From Octopus sinensis (lineage: Eukaryota), in NCBI RefSeq assembly GCF_006345805.1, contig NC_043003.1, forward strand, positions 106,268,001 to 106,332,000: a stretch of 64,000 nt of DNA. The letters are read 5' to 3'. Shown here piece after piece: positions 51,290 through 64,000 of this stretch. The notes below the pieces were generated by a model that was given only the letters and a program-made list of their open reading frames with translations, had not been told where the DNA came from and did not search any database. The position numbers were made by a program, and so were the translations under genes. The number at the start of each line of letters is the position of its first letter. Position 1 is the first letter of the stretch.

Positions 51290-51672
51290 GGAAGCACTCT
51301 GTCGGTTACGACGACGAGGGTTCCGGTTGATCCGAATCAACGGAACAGCCTGCTCGTGAAATTAATGTGTAAGTGGCTGAGCACTCCACAGACACATGCA
51401 CCCTCAACGTAGTTCTCAGCGATATTCAGCGTGACACAGAGAGTGACAAGGCCGGCCCTTTGAAATACAGGTACAACAGAAACAGGAAGTAAGAGTGAGA
51501 GAAAGTTGTGGTGAAAGAGTACAGCAGGGATCACCACCATCCCGTGCCGGAGCCTCGTGGAGCTTTAGGTGTTTTCGCTCAATAAACACTCACAACGCCA
51601 GGTCTGGGAATTGAAACAGATCCTACGACCGCGAGTCCACTGCCCTAACCACTGGGCCATTGCGCCTCCACT
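51290..51672 (-). mobile_element. tRNA-Arg-related SINE (OR-like), tail type 1
   Basis: Head GCGCAATGGCCCAGTGGTTAGGGCAGTGGACTCGCGG (TCG anticodon-like loop); the tail also occurs at about 17270-17425 on the plus strand. Confidence 0.7.
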
Positions 51673-52199
51673 CTTGCTCTATACAGTTGTAACATCTCTA
51701 CTGCAAATAACCACCAAATCACTCAAACGACACCCAACAATCTTGAATAAAAGATACAATGGACCCTATAATCCCAGAGACAGACAAGCTGGATAAAGCT
51801 AAACAACAACAACCTGTTTCCCACTGATTGAATCCCATTTAAGTGGCACCTTTGTTTGGATCATTCCGTAACCCTGGTTAGAGAGGTGGATTGACATTAG
51901 CTAAAACCTTACTGCATTCATTCCTGCCCTTTATTTTCATTGGAGTTCAAATACTACCGAGCAGGCCTGGAGAATTCACTAACATTTTTGCAGGAGGAAA
52001 ATTCACTGAAATACAAATTCACCCATATGGATAATGACAAAGCATATATCAGCATTTGTTTAAAGAATTAAGAAAAAGAATAATAAAAGGTTTTATAAAA
52101 CGATTAAATAGGCAAGTCTTTATTCAACGTCCAACAGTAAAATATAAAGCTTGACAAAGTCATTTAAAATGTATGAAAATTTCAAGCAATACTGCACAG

Positions 52200-52770
52200 T
52201 GTACTTTTTGCTGTGAATTGTATCAAAGCATTTGTCACTGAAGTCTTGTATTAGTAATGCTAAGCCTTTCCTTCTTCTCTGCTGCGTCTCTTCAATCTGA
52301 TATAATACGCTTTATCGGTGACCATATGGCAAATTTTTCTGCAGCAAAATTTCCTGTGATGAAATTTCCTATTACTGAGGTCAGCTTTGCCTTTTAATTC
52401 TTTTGAGGCTTATAAACAAAATACCAGCCAAGTAATGTCGTTGACACAACAGATTTTCTTTCCCCAAACAAATATCTGGCCTTTTGCCTTTGCCAGAAAT
52501 TATTTTGAAAACACTTCTTCAACTGGTAAAGCAATAGCACCCCTGTCTACTCAAGCCAGCTGTGATTTCTCAAAGACCATCGTAGGAGAGCAGTCTATAC
52601 AATGCTCAAAATATCCTGCAGACATTTCTATCAGCTTATCCAATTCTCACATAACCTAGCCACCTAATTAATTTATCCCTTGGCTAACAACCAATTTATC
52701 TAGGACCCTTTCCAATACTGCATCCGTCAGATAAAAGTATAAATCACTTCCTCATCACCTCATCGAATTA
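52200..52770 (-). pseudogene. Probable P-element/THAP9-like transposase C-terminal remnant
   Basis: Minus strand VVSQGIN*LGG*VM*ELDKLI (cf. YIAGYVVRKL), VDRGAIALP (cf. DRGGL..PS), YYIRLK, TNALIQF; heavily decayed, family assignment from memory of motifs. Confidence 0.45.
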
Positions 52771-53342
52771 TTCTCTGGAATATAGAAATGCAAACAAGCC
52801 AAAACCATGAAAGAAAAGAAAAAAAGAAAGAAAAAAAGAAACCCAAACAGAAATTGGCTTATTTTGTGCATCTTGATTTTGTTTAATGGTGCGAAACGTT
52901 TTACAGCTTTATATCTTTTCCTGTTTCTAGCAATTTTGTTCAAAACATGGTATTTCCAATGCTACTGACTATTACAATGGAGAATTTTTATATATTTGTT
53001 GACATGCACAGAAGCATGTGCGCCTACATTTGCTTATCCTGATACTTTCAAAGTCACAGGAAATGGTTGTCACCAGTTGACGTAGACACGATTTATAATG
53101 CTCAATTCAGAGGGAATGAAAATAATAACGAAATATATGAGAGTAGGCCAGCAGGATTGATAGAGATATGGTCCAAAACAAGTCGACTGTGGTATTTAAC
53201 TCTATAATGTCTGTTGTTAATCATTGTTGACAGTTGAGCTCTTATGAGAAGAAAACAACGAAATGAAAGGCTGGGAGAGCTCTCTACATTTGAACAACAT
53301 TATCATCGCCTGCAAGCAATTATAATCTCATAGTTGTTGAGT

Positions 53343-53547
53343 TACTCTTTACTCTTTTACTTGTTTTAGTCATTTGACTGCGGCCATGCTGGAGCACCGC
53401 CTTTAGTCGAGCAACTCGACCCCGGGACTTATTCTTTTTGTAAGCCCAGTACTTATTCTATCGGCCTCTTTTTACCGAACCGCTAAGTAACGGGGACGTA
53501 AACACACCAGCATCGGTTGTCAAGCAATGCTAGGGGAACAAACACAA

Positions 53548-53594
<47 letters not shown>

Positions 53595-53760
53595 TACGAC
53601 AGGCTTCTTTCAGTTTCCGTCTACCAAATCCACTCACAAGGCATTGGTCGGCCCAAGGCTATAGCAGAAGACACTTGCCCAAGATACCACGCAGTAGGAC
53701 TGAACCCGGAACCATGTGGTTTGTTAGCAAGCTACTTACCACACAGCCACTCCTGCGCCT
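53343..53760 (-). mobile_element. SINE family A
   Basis: Full-length reverse copy. Confidence 0.85.
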
Positions 53761-54653
53761 ATACCATAAAATATATATATATAAATATGCATATATATCA
53801 TCATGTAACATCCTGTTTCCATGCTGACAGGATCCAATGAATCACAAGCCCCCCCCCCAGTCTCAACTTTGGCATGGTTTCCACAGTTGGGTGCCCTTCC
53901 TAATACCAACCACTTTACATTTTGTACTGGGCATTTGATCCATGTGACCAGCACTAGTGAGGTCACCAAGTAATTTAGAAGACAAAAAGAAAGGAAAGGG
54001 GAAAAAGCCCTCTTGACCGAGTGAGAGTGCATTTGAGAGAGAGGGGGGGAGATGGTTCTGTGCTAAAGTGTTGAAGGCTGAAGAACGAGCACAGGTGTCT
54101 GGCTATGGGGAAGACAACATGGCCATCCAGCATTATTATGTGAGGGTGGGTGAGAGTAGATAGAAGGGAGATAAAGACAGTGATGACAGGGTGTCAGAGC
54201 ATACTCTCAATGTACAAAAAAGGTGATTCTAAGGGAGAATATAGAGTGAAAGAATTTTTTTTTTCTAATACAACCACAAATAAAAACAACTTGGGTAACA
54301 AAGGAATTATAATCAAAAGGTAAATATTTTTTAACTTGCCACCTGCCTAAGAGATTTTAAGGGCTAGAATACCATTCCACCACAACAAGCCATGTTGTCA
54401 GAATAGATTCCAATGTGATTCTATGTCAACTAGAGAATTGGTAGGGATCTGATAATTAAGAATATCTTTGTTTAACCCAGTCAATAAAAAAAAAATGTTT
54501 ACCCAGATTAGATCTGGGTAAACAATTATCCTAATAAACTGTGCCCACATTTGTGCCTATTTCAGGTTTTTAAATAGGAAGAATATGTTCCCTTCTTCAA
54601 AGGCACCTCAGACAGATGTATCACAGTGTTGTTAAAGCATTATAAATATGTAT

Positions 54654-55054
54654 AGGCGCAAGAGTGGCTGTGTGGTAAGTAGCTTGCTTGCCAACCACAT
54701 GGTTCTGGGTTCATTCCCACTGCGTGGCACCTTGGGCAGGTGTCTTCTACTATAGCCTCGGGCCAACCAAAGCCTTGTGAGTGGATATGGTAGACGGAAA
54801 CTGAAAGAAGCCTGTCGTATATATGTATATATATATATGTATGTGTGTGTTTGTGTGTGTGTTTGTAACCCCAACAGTGCTTGACAACCGATGCTGGTGT
54901 GTTTACGTCCCCTAACTTAGCGGTTTGGCAAAAGGGACTGATAGAATAAGTACTAGGCTTACAAAGAATAAGTTGTGGGGTCGATTTGCTTGACTAAAGG
55001 CGGTGCTCCAGCATGGCCACAGTCAAATGATTGAAACAAGTAAAAGAGTAAAGA
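54654..55054 (+). mobile_element. SINE family A
   Basis: Full-length copy. Confidence 0.85.
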
Positions 55055-55512
55055 GAGAAAGAGCATGAATGTTTGGTAAATGGACATTAGACAAACTTTT
55101 ATTTAGCTTCACAGACAAGATTGAACTGTTAGATTATATACAACTGTTTACATATATTACAAGCTTAATGTGCACGGGAATTGGGGGAGTAAACTCGTTA
55201 AAACAAAATTAGTCACCAGTACCAGGATGATCACCAGCTGAGCCTTTTCCCTTCGACGCCTAGTTTTAATGATCTTTAATTATAAAAAATGCCAAATTTG
55301 CTCTACAACTTTGAACGGAGGACCTTGAAAATATAATGGCCAACACAGACACCCAACTACTGTACATTCTTGCAGAGCTCTTTCCACACAACTAACGATC
55401 TCAATGTTGCTGTAAATGCTAAATATCAAAATCTTAGATTATTCTTCATGAAGGTCACACACCAATAACATTGCTCAAAATGATCTTCCATAAAAATGAA
55501 AGTATGGCCCAT

Positions 55513-55932
55513 ACTCTTTACTCTTTTACTTGTTTCAGTCATTTGACTGTGGCCATGCTGGAGCACCACCTTTAATCGAGCAACTCGACCCCGGGACTTA
55601 TTCTTTTGTAAGCCCAGTACTTATTCTATCGGTCTCTTTTGCCGAACCGCTAAGTAACGGGGACATAAACACACCAGCATCGGTTGTCAAGCAATGCTAG
55701 GGGACAAACACAGACACACAAACACACACACGCATATATATATTTATATATATATATATACATATATACGACGGGCTTCTTTCAGTTTCCGTCTACCAAA
55801 TCCACTCACAAGGCTTTGGTCGGCCCGAGGCTATAGTAGAAGACACTTGCCCAAGGTGCCACACAGTGGGACTGAACCCGGAACCATGTGGTTGGTAGAC
55901 AAGCTACTTACCACACAGCCACTCCTGCGCCT
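55513..55932 (-). mobile_element. SINE family A
   Basis: Full-length reverse copy. Confidence 0.85.
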
Positions 55933-56641
55933 ATGTTAGATTATTTCTCATACTTATGGTACACCTTCACCACCATCTCTCTCTTTATCGTTTTCTCTAA
56001 CTTATTCACCTTTTTCTTCCAACTGGGGTATCCATGTATCTATTCTACAGCAAGACACCTATCCTTGCCCCACTCTACCTTTAATCTCTCAAATGGCACA
56101 ACGCCACCCCCACCTCAATACTATTCCCCATCGTCTAGCCAAGGACTTTTTGTCCAGCAAGTTGCTTGGTGACCTGTTGGTGATGGTGCCACATATAAAG
56201 CACCCAGTACACTCTGTAAAAGGGGTTGGTTTTAGGAAGGGCATCAAGCTGTAGAAACCATGCCAAAACAGACAATGAAGCCTAGTGCAGATCCCAGCTT
56301 TACCAGCTCCTGTCAAACCATCCATCCATCCATGGCAGTATGGAAAACAGACGTTAAATGATGATACCACTGATACACAGATATTCTATACTACAGCAGC
56401 CAAATGCCAAAATCCATTCAACCTATGGGCAAATATTCTTTTAATCTCCACTCAAATCTGCTTGCTTCTCACTTCATCATTCCAACTATGTCTCTCCTAC
56501 ATCTCAGACACCAAAACCACACAACTACTTTGAACACCTTTACCAATTATTTCTTCCCAAACTTGCAACTCTCTAAAATCACTTTCCTCTTAACATTTTT
56601 CCAGCAAAACTTTAAAAAAAAATTTTAAATAAAAACAATCA

Positions 56642-56811
56642 AGGCGCAGGAGTGGCTGTGTGGTAAGTAGCTTGCTTACCAACCACATGGTTCCGGGTTC
56701 AGTCCCACTGCGTGGCACCTTGGGCAAGTGTCTTCTACTATAGCCTCGGGCCGACCAATGCCTTGTGAATGGATTTGGTAGACGGAAACTGAAAGAAGCC
56801 TGTCGTATATA

Positions 56812-56853
<42 letters not shown>

Positions 56854-57082
56854 TATATATGTATGTGTGTGTTTGTGTGTGTGTGTTTGTCCCCCTAGCA
56901 TTGCTTGACAACCGATGCTGGTGTGTTTACGTCCCCGTCACTTAGCGGTTCGGTAAAAGAGACCGATGGAATAAGTACTGGGCTTACAAAGAATAAGTCC
57001 TGGGGTTGAGTTGCTCGACTAAAGGTGGTGCTCCAGCATGGCCACAGTCAAATGACTGAAACAAGTAAAAGAGTAAAAGAGT
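56642..57082 (+). mobile_element. SINE family A
   Basis: Full-length copy. Older diverged copies also at about 1110-1430, 5400-5640, 21000-21240, 26700-27060, 28100-28440, 33000-33390, 49040-49390, 57420-57760, 61600-61970 and 62455-62800. Confidence 0.85.
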
Positions 57083-58014
57083 AACTGACCAGCCTGAAGC
57101 GCCTCCAAAGGTTACAAAATAGGTGCTGACCCTCTTCACTGACTAATAAAAAGAAAAAATTTTATACAGGAATGGCATTCTCGAGACACTTCATGAAACA
57201 GAAGTCTTAGTGGTGACCCAATAAGCCGGCAAGAGCTACAGGAGTTCTTTCATGAAGAGCAGAGGAGGAAGTCATACTTCCTTTAATTATTTCTGCCTTA
57301 ATTCTCCTCCATCTCCCTCCCTCCCTCCCTGATATATGATGGGAGTGTAGCAATGAAATGCATGTCGTGAACACACAAAAAAATGCCATAAAGTAACAAT
57401 TTCAGGTTTGCCTCTTGTCTTGTCTCAGTTGTTGGACTATGGTCATGCTGGAGCATCCCCTTCAAAGTATTTACTTTTTAAGTTTGGTCACTTATTCTGT
57501 AAATCTCTTTTGTTGAACCACTGTGATAAGAGGATGTAAACAAACCAACAACAGATGTTAAGCAATGGTGAGAGTCAAAGACACAGAGACTCACATATAT
57601 ATGACAGGCTTCCAAACAGTTTCTGTCTACCAAATTCACTCACAAGGCATTGGTGGGCCCAGGACTATAATAGAAGACACTTGCCAAGGTATCATGCATT
57701 GGGACTGAACCCAAAACCACATGGCTGCAAAGCATGCTTCTAAACCACACAGCCATGCCTACATCTAATTTGTTCAGAAATGTACTAAAACATTAATTGT
57801 TATCGCCATATTAATATGGCATTCTTATAGATATAAGAATAATCGCTGCCGCTGTACTAAAACAATTATAGATCAATCGTTATACAAATTGAGAAAACAA
57901 CTGGATATTAAGACTATGTTTTGGTATGAGAGGTAAAAATTGGTGATGCACAACCCAGCATCCATCTCCATCACACTACAAGTAGTAGAGGTAGACATCT
58001 GAGGAAAAGCATCC

Positions 58015-58700
58015 CAGCTGTGTGCAGACAATTTGCTAATTGGACAATTGGCTGATTAGACAATAGATTGACAAGCGGAAGTATCGATCATGGAGTTCAC
58101 TGAAACGGAATGAGGAATCAGAAAGCTTGTATACAAAGGGTATGCCCTATATTATTGATAGAACCAGAAAAGAAAAGTTTTCAATAGTCTCCCGAAAACC
58201 AACAACTCTCTAGAAAGGTGGCACCACACCTTCAGTAGAAGAGTTAACGTCCATCAACCTAACTTATCCAAATTAACTGAAAAGCTTAGGGTAGAACAGT
58301 CACACACCGAAATGGTAATAGAACAGGCCATATCAGGGGTTGAAGTGGTAAGGAAAAGCAAAAAGTACATTCACCTTAAGGAAAGACTTAAAACCATTTT
58401 TTTAAAATTACAACGATGAAGTTGGGTTGGAATTTTTAAGGGCTTGAGCCCATAATTGTATGTGATATTTTTATTTCTATTTGTAAGATTAACAAAATGT
58501 TTTGTTTTTTCACATATGTCGACCTATTGTATGTAATATCTTTTTATAAATAAATTGTTTTTATTTGTAAGTCTAATAAAACTTTTTTGTAATTTTTACT
58601 TCGTTTTTTAAAAAAAAGTGTCGACATTGTCCTTTCGGCAAATTGTCCTATCTGTAAGTTGTCTTTGGGCCAACTGTCTGTCAATGAATTGTCTGTCTAC
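58015..58700 (+). mobile_element. MULE (Mutator-like) deletion derivative with transposase C-terminus
   Basis: From 58189 LPKTNNSLERWHHTFSRRVNVHQPNLSKLTEKLRVEQSHTEMVIEQAISG...KKY (MULE RTNNxxEGWH motif). GACAA-periodic subterminal repeats occur in inverted orientation at about 58025-58075 and 58620-58690. Confidence 0.7.
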
Positions 58701-59059
58701 CATCCCGACTATGACCATCACACCTTCTCTTGGGCATTGAATATTCAGAACTACATTACCCAATATATCATTTTTTTGTCTTCAAGTTGGTAGGATATTT
58801 TGAGGGAAATTTTGTTTATCATTCCTAGCAGATCAAACAGCATGTTTGATGGTAGCAGAAGCAGATATGAAGAAAGTAAGACAAAGGGAAGGGGAGAGGG
58901 GGCTGTTGGGTTAGGGTTTGACATTCCAAAAGGTTTAATTAACCCTTCAACATTTACACCTGCCACACCTGGTCCAAATATTCTACTTGTTTCACCATCA
59001 AACAAACCAGATCTGGCTTCTCACACCTACCCTACAATCTCATTCTACAAGTATACAAT

Positions 59060-59520
59060 CATCATCATCATCATCATTTAACGTCCGCTTTCCATGCTAG
59101 CATGGGTTGGACGATTTGACTGAGGGCTGGTGAACCAGATGGTTGCACCAGGCTCTAATCTTGATCTGGCAGAGTTTCTACAGCTGGATGCCCTTCCTAA
59201 TGCCAACCGCTCCGAGAGTGTAGTGGGTGCTTTTACATGCCACCAGCACGGGGCCAGTCAGGCAGTACTGGCAACGACCTTGCTCGAATCTTTTTACACA
59301 TGCCACCGGCACAGGTGCTAGTAAGGCAACGCTGGTAATGATCACGCTCGAATGGTGCCTTTTACGTGTCACCAACACGGAAGCCAGTTAGCCGCTCTGG
59401 CAACGATCATGCTCAGATGGTGCTCTTGGCACCCGACTAGCATGGGCACAAGTGCCAGTAAGGTGATGCTGGTAACGATCACACTCGAATGGTGCCTTTT
59501 ATGTGCCACTGGCACAATTG
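59060..59520 (-). mobile_element. RTE-type SINE family C ((GAT)n tail, AGGAAGGGCATCCAGCTGTAG core, internal 50-60 bp tandem subrepeats)
   Basis: Copies at about 4150-4370, 6053-6560, 6775-6970, 18850-19015, 26215-26500, 31380-31840, 33572-33920, 34830-35020, 36260-36740, 46575-46900 and 48540-48865. This copy splits a family-2 MITE at a CATCAT site. Confidence 0.75.
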
Positions 59521-61998
59521 CATCATTGAAATCCCAAAGCTATGAGATAATGCATGGTTAGTTCAAAGCATTGTGAATAAAAATGTATTAAATATAACAG
59601 AGTAATCTGAATGCTAAGGATTCAGTTTCAGAAGTTCGAAAACCAAACCAGCAAAAGCAACGATGAATAAAGAGAAGATAACTGCGTAAAACAAATTCAT
59701 CTAAATTAGTAAACCTTAAACTTGTCAGCCTCTATTTTTCTTTCCCATTGGACAAGTTACTGTATTTGATGACATAAAAGACTCTCAGGCATATTAGATA
59801 CACTCCAATATCAGCAGCACAAATTCGGCAAAAGATGTTTAGTGTCTTAAAGGTTGTAATGTAGGCCTAACTTTGCATACAGGGACCAGGGTGACTTTTT
59901 GAGACTTTTTTTTCTCAAAGAGTGCATTTTGTATGCTACCAAATATGGGTAGTTTAGTAATCAGATGAACCAATATTGGTCTCAAATTTTGGTACAAGGC
60001 CTAGAAGAGGGGTAAGTTGATTACATTAACTCAAGTACTCAACTAGTACTTATTTTATCAATCCCGAAAGGATGAAAGATAAAGCTGACCTCGACAGAAT
60101 TTGAACTCAGAACAACAGAGACTGACGAAATGCAATTAAGCAGCTTTCCCTGGCATCCTAATGATTCTGCTGGCTCACTGCCTTCAGACAAACCAATAGT
60201 GACCGACCACTTCTAAAACTAAATTATAGTTTTATTCAAGGTACTAAGATAGAACTTGAGAGTGCTGAGACGGCAGATATTTGTGGCAAGGTGAAAACAT
60301 ACAGCATTTTCTTCAGCTCATTAAAGATATTGGTATCCAAGGAGGCTCAGGTGAATGCAGGTGGTTAAAATGATGATGATGGTGGTGGTGGCCATTAAGG
60401 TGACAATAACAAGGGGAAAATACAATGCAAATTGTTGATGCTAATCACACAAAGATTAACAGAAAGATTTGGGTTTTAACTTTTTTTCTTTTTTTAGTCA
60501 TTTCACTAATTCCATGGATAAAAACATTAGCATCGATGCAAACAGAAATATAGACCTGCATACACAATTAGTGCCAATGTAGAACCGTTAAGTAGAAAAT
60601 TCATCTGACCAAAAAGTCTTTCAAAAATAAAAGAAAAATAACAAAATATTGATAAAGTTACAGATAACTGAATCTTTTTCATTTTTAAAAAATGGTTGAT
60701 CAAGACTATTTTTATAGAACTTTTCTTCAAATGTACAAATTTTTCTATTTACAAAAATGCGGAGGGACATCACTCCCATTTGAAAATTAAATAATGGAAA
60801 AGAAAAAAAAGGGGGAATCTATGCACATCAAATTAGCTGTTCTTTCAAGGGAGGGGGGAGATCTCTAAATGGTTTCTTTTTATTTTAGTAACTACCTTTC
60901 TAAGCAAATAGAAGCATCAGTTCAATTATTTATAGTACTGAATGATAATGATGGCCATTTATAGAGATGATTAGCAAGTTTCATACATGATTGTCTATAG
61001 TCTGTCTCAAAGTTGAAACTAGATTACGTTCTATCATATATTGTTTAGTTTACAAATTTAGTGAAAGGGTTAGGGTTAGGGAATGCGATAAAAGCATTTA
61101 AAGGATGTTGTGTTTGGCTAGTAATGTATTCAAAACCAGTTTATTCAAAAGCTTTATCAGTAAATAAAAAAAAAATATCAAAGGAGCAATCAATCATGTC
61201 ACATAATACATTAGTCACCATGGCAGAAAATGAAGAGAGAGTAAATTATTGTTGTGTGTGCAATCTAGACGTACAATTACACCAATCTGAACAGTGTGGG
61301 AAAGCACGGAAAACATGGTGGTTCCTGTCTCTACCAATCCATCCCAGAATGTGTGTAAATCAGCCTGGAACAATCTTTTATACATAAATGATGGGCCAGA
61401 GAGTAGGATGATCAGGAAGAGGTTGGGTTGATGATAAAGGTCATCTAGGTCAGGTGACCTCTTTAGTTACACTGGAAGCGTGGAATGAGGAGCAGCTGTG
61501 ACATTGGTCATACAGCAGAATAAAAGTGAAAAGGAGGACAAGAGAGGTGGGAGTGGTGGGAGGTTGTAAAAAGCAAAACAAAATTTATTGCATTAAAAGG
61601 AAGGCACAGGCATGGCTGTATGGAAAGAAGCTTGCTTCCAAACCACATCGTTCCAGGTTCATTCTCATTGCACTGCACCTTCGGCAAATACCTTCTACTA
61701 TAAACCATGGGCCAAACAAACACATCTGAGTGAATTTGGTATGGGGGAAACTGAAAGAAACTCAGTATATGTGTGTGTGTGTGTGCATGTCTTTGTCCCC
61801 CACCACTGCTTGACAACCAGTGTTGGTGTGTTTACATCCCTGTAACTTAGCACTTCAGTATAAGAGTCCAATAAAATAAGTATCTGGCTATCACTTGAGT
61901 AAAAGTTCTTCAAGGCAGTGCCCCAGCATGGCCGCAGACTATTGAGTGAAACAAGTAAAAGAAATAACAGCCACTGATTGAAACACAAATCTCAAGTT

Positions 61999-62419
61999 CA
62001 TTATTTACATTATTTACATTTGAAGGAATATTTGTCCTCATCTTGTTTGTTGTTAACACAACGTTTCGGCTGATATACCCTCCAGCCTTCATCAGGTGTC
62101 TTAGGGAAATTTTCGAACCTAGGTTCTCATTCCTAAGGTATTTTTCAATGTTATTATTATTATTCAGATCAATGCCTGGAATCGAACTCGGAATTTTGGG
62201 GTTAGTAGCCTGTGCTCTTAACCACTATGCCATATAATAATAACATCAAAAAATACCTTAGGAATGAGAACCCAGGTTTGAAATTTCCCCATGACACCTT
62301 ATGAACGCTGGAGGGCACATCAGCCAAAACGTTGTGTTAACAACAAACAAGATGAGGACAAATATCTGTCAAATGTAAATAATGTAAATAATTCCTCATC
62401 TCTTAAATATAGAACTGTG
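61999..62419. mobile_element. tRNA-headed, HHR-bearing fold-back retroelement with 12-bp TSD
   Basis: AAATCTCAAGTT at 61987-61998 and 62420-62431. Inverted arms about 62000-62160 and 62235-62391 surround a minus-strand tRNA-like head with A-box TGGCATAGTGG (62222-62232) and B-box GTTCGATTCC (62178-62187). Confidence 0.7.
62055..62100 (-). ncRNA. Minimal type I hammerhead ribozyme (Penelope-type, loop-less helix III)
   Basis: Minus strand GACAC-CTGATGA-A-GGCTG(loop)CAGCC-GAAA-C-GTT-GTGTT: helix I GACAC/GTGTT, helix II GGCTG/CAGCC, palindromic AACGTT at helix III, GUU triplet. The mirror copy at about 62293-62338 has a mutated core (CTTATGA, AAAA). Confidence 0.65.
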
Positions 62420-63008
62420 AAATCTCAAGTTGTTTATCAGTTTGGAAGAACAGAAGTAATGACTGTGTGGTAATAAGATCACTTCCCAACCATGTGGTTC
62501 TGGGTTCAGTCCCACCATGTGGCACCTTGGGCAGACCAAAGCCTTGAGAGTGAGTTTATTAGATGGAAACTGAAAGAAGCCTATATGTGAGTATGTCTGT
62601 GTTTGTCCCCCATCACTGCTTGATAACTAGTGTTGTGTTTATGCCCCTGTAACATAGTGGTTCAGCAAAAGAGACCAACAAAATAAGCACCAGGTTTTAA
62701 AAAAAACAAAAAAACTACTAGAATCAATTCATTCAACTAAATTTTTTCAAGATGGTGCTCCAGCATGGCTGCAGTCTAATGACTGAAACAAGTAAAAGAA
62801 TTACACAGCCACAGCCCAATGGCTGAAACTAGTACAAGAGTATACAACACAGAACTGAAGTTGTTTACCACTTTGAAAGAACAAAGCTAATTTGTTCTTT
62901 GAAACAACAAATCACTAGAGCCAATAATAATAATAATAATAATAATAATAGTGTGAGGTCACTGATACAAATAGAAAATACAGAACTGGGCCAAGTGCTG
63001 CACCTCAC

Positions 63009-63117
63009 GTAAACCTATCTATAAATGATAACAGAGTTATTTTAAGTTTGAGTAACACTTTCATCTTTGGGTGATTTGATTTTATTCTATTTTCGCTGGT
63101 TTTTGTTTTGTTGTTGC
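63009..63117 (-). CDS. Candidate exon of unidentified minus-strand gene (NNKTKTSENRIKSNHPKMKVLLKLKITLLSFIDRF)
   Basis: Strong acceptor T13-ACTGTTTTCAG|, donor |GTGAGG, one open frame with ATG at 63064. Confidence 0.3.
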
Positions 63118-64000
63118 CTGAAAACAGTAAAAAAAAAAAAAACGGTTCTAATCATGTTTTATATCATTTCCTGCATTTGTAAATAATATTTCATTAAATT
63201 GAACAAATGAAATATTTAATGCAAACTATAAGCCACTTTGAGCAGATTATCTCTTCAATCAAATTATAATTTGGATCTCCTTCCCTCTCTCTCTCTCCCT
63301 CCTGCTCTTAGCTTTTGAAAAGTTGCAATAATTTCTTTTATTTTATGAGTCAAATCACATGTCTATTCTTTTTCTGTCTTGTAACTGGTAACCCCACTCA
63401 TGCTGGTGCCTTGGAAAAAAAGCCCCAGTACACACTGTAAGATAACTGGCATTAAGAAAGGCACACAGCCATAGAAACCATGCTAAATCTGACAGTGGGG
63501 TTCAGTGCAGCCCAGCAGCTCACCAGATCCTGTCTAACCATCCAGCCCAAGCCAACATGGATAGAAATGATGATCAACTATGAAATGACAACCAGGTAGA
63601 CTGAGGCAAAAAAGTTTACATAAGCCTTGCATAGGGTTCACAAAACTACACAAGGCCAGAAATTTCGGAGGAAGGAGAAGAAAGTCAATTACATCAACCC
63701 AAGTGCTAAACTAGTACTTACTTTATCATCCCCAAAATCGACCCTAGTGTCGTTTGAACTCAGGACATAAAGACCAAAGAAATACTGCTATGCATTTTGT
63801 CCGGCCAGCTTGCTGCCTTGCATTAAGTTAATACCAAGACTTTAAAACTCATGACCTATATTGTTAAATAGCAAAATTATTTAACTGAGTTGCATACATA
63901 CATCTTTGTTGTTAGAAGTAAGCTATAAGCAGTAACTAGAAAAAATATCCAAACAGAAAACATTTGTAAATAGAACACTAAATTCGTTATCTCTCTTTTC

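Overview
AT-rich, repeat-dense eukaryotic non-coding DNA. It is most likely a coleoid cephalopod (Octopus-like), inferred from my recollection of the tRNA-derived SINE families, not from a database search. No ORF in the supplied track is a credible intact gene; they come from microsatellites, purine tracts or repeats. The window holds one tRNA-Glu(TTC), dozens of SINE copies from about four families, piggyBac-like MITEs, decayed transposases (maT DD37D, mariner, hAT, MULE, probable P/THAP9-like) and RTE LINE fragments. A few small candidate exons suggest a minus-strand host gene, which I could not identify. The main signal is a set of unrelated, ORF-less insertions with fold-back (inverted) ends and type I hammerhead ribozyme (HHR) motifs: a 533-bp tandem unit with two complete HHRs (43447-43542, 43980-44075), a single HHR element inside a SINE's (TA)n tract (15765-15858), and a tRNA-headed HHR element with a 12-bp target-site duplication (61999-62419). 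These look like Penelope-mobilised retrozymes. There is also a clean 5'-inverted (twin-priming geometry) RTE insertion with an 11-bp TSD. HHR and tRNA positions were counted by hand; degenerate repeat boundaries are approximate.
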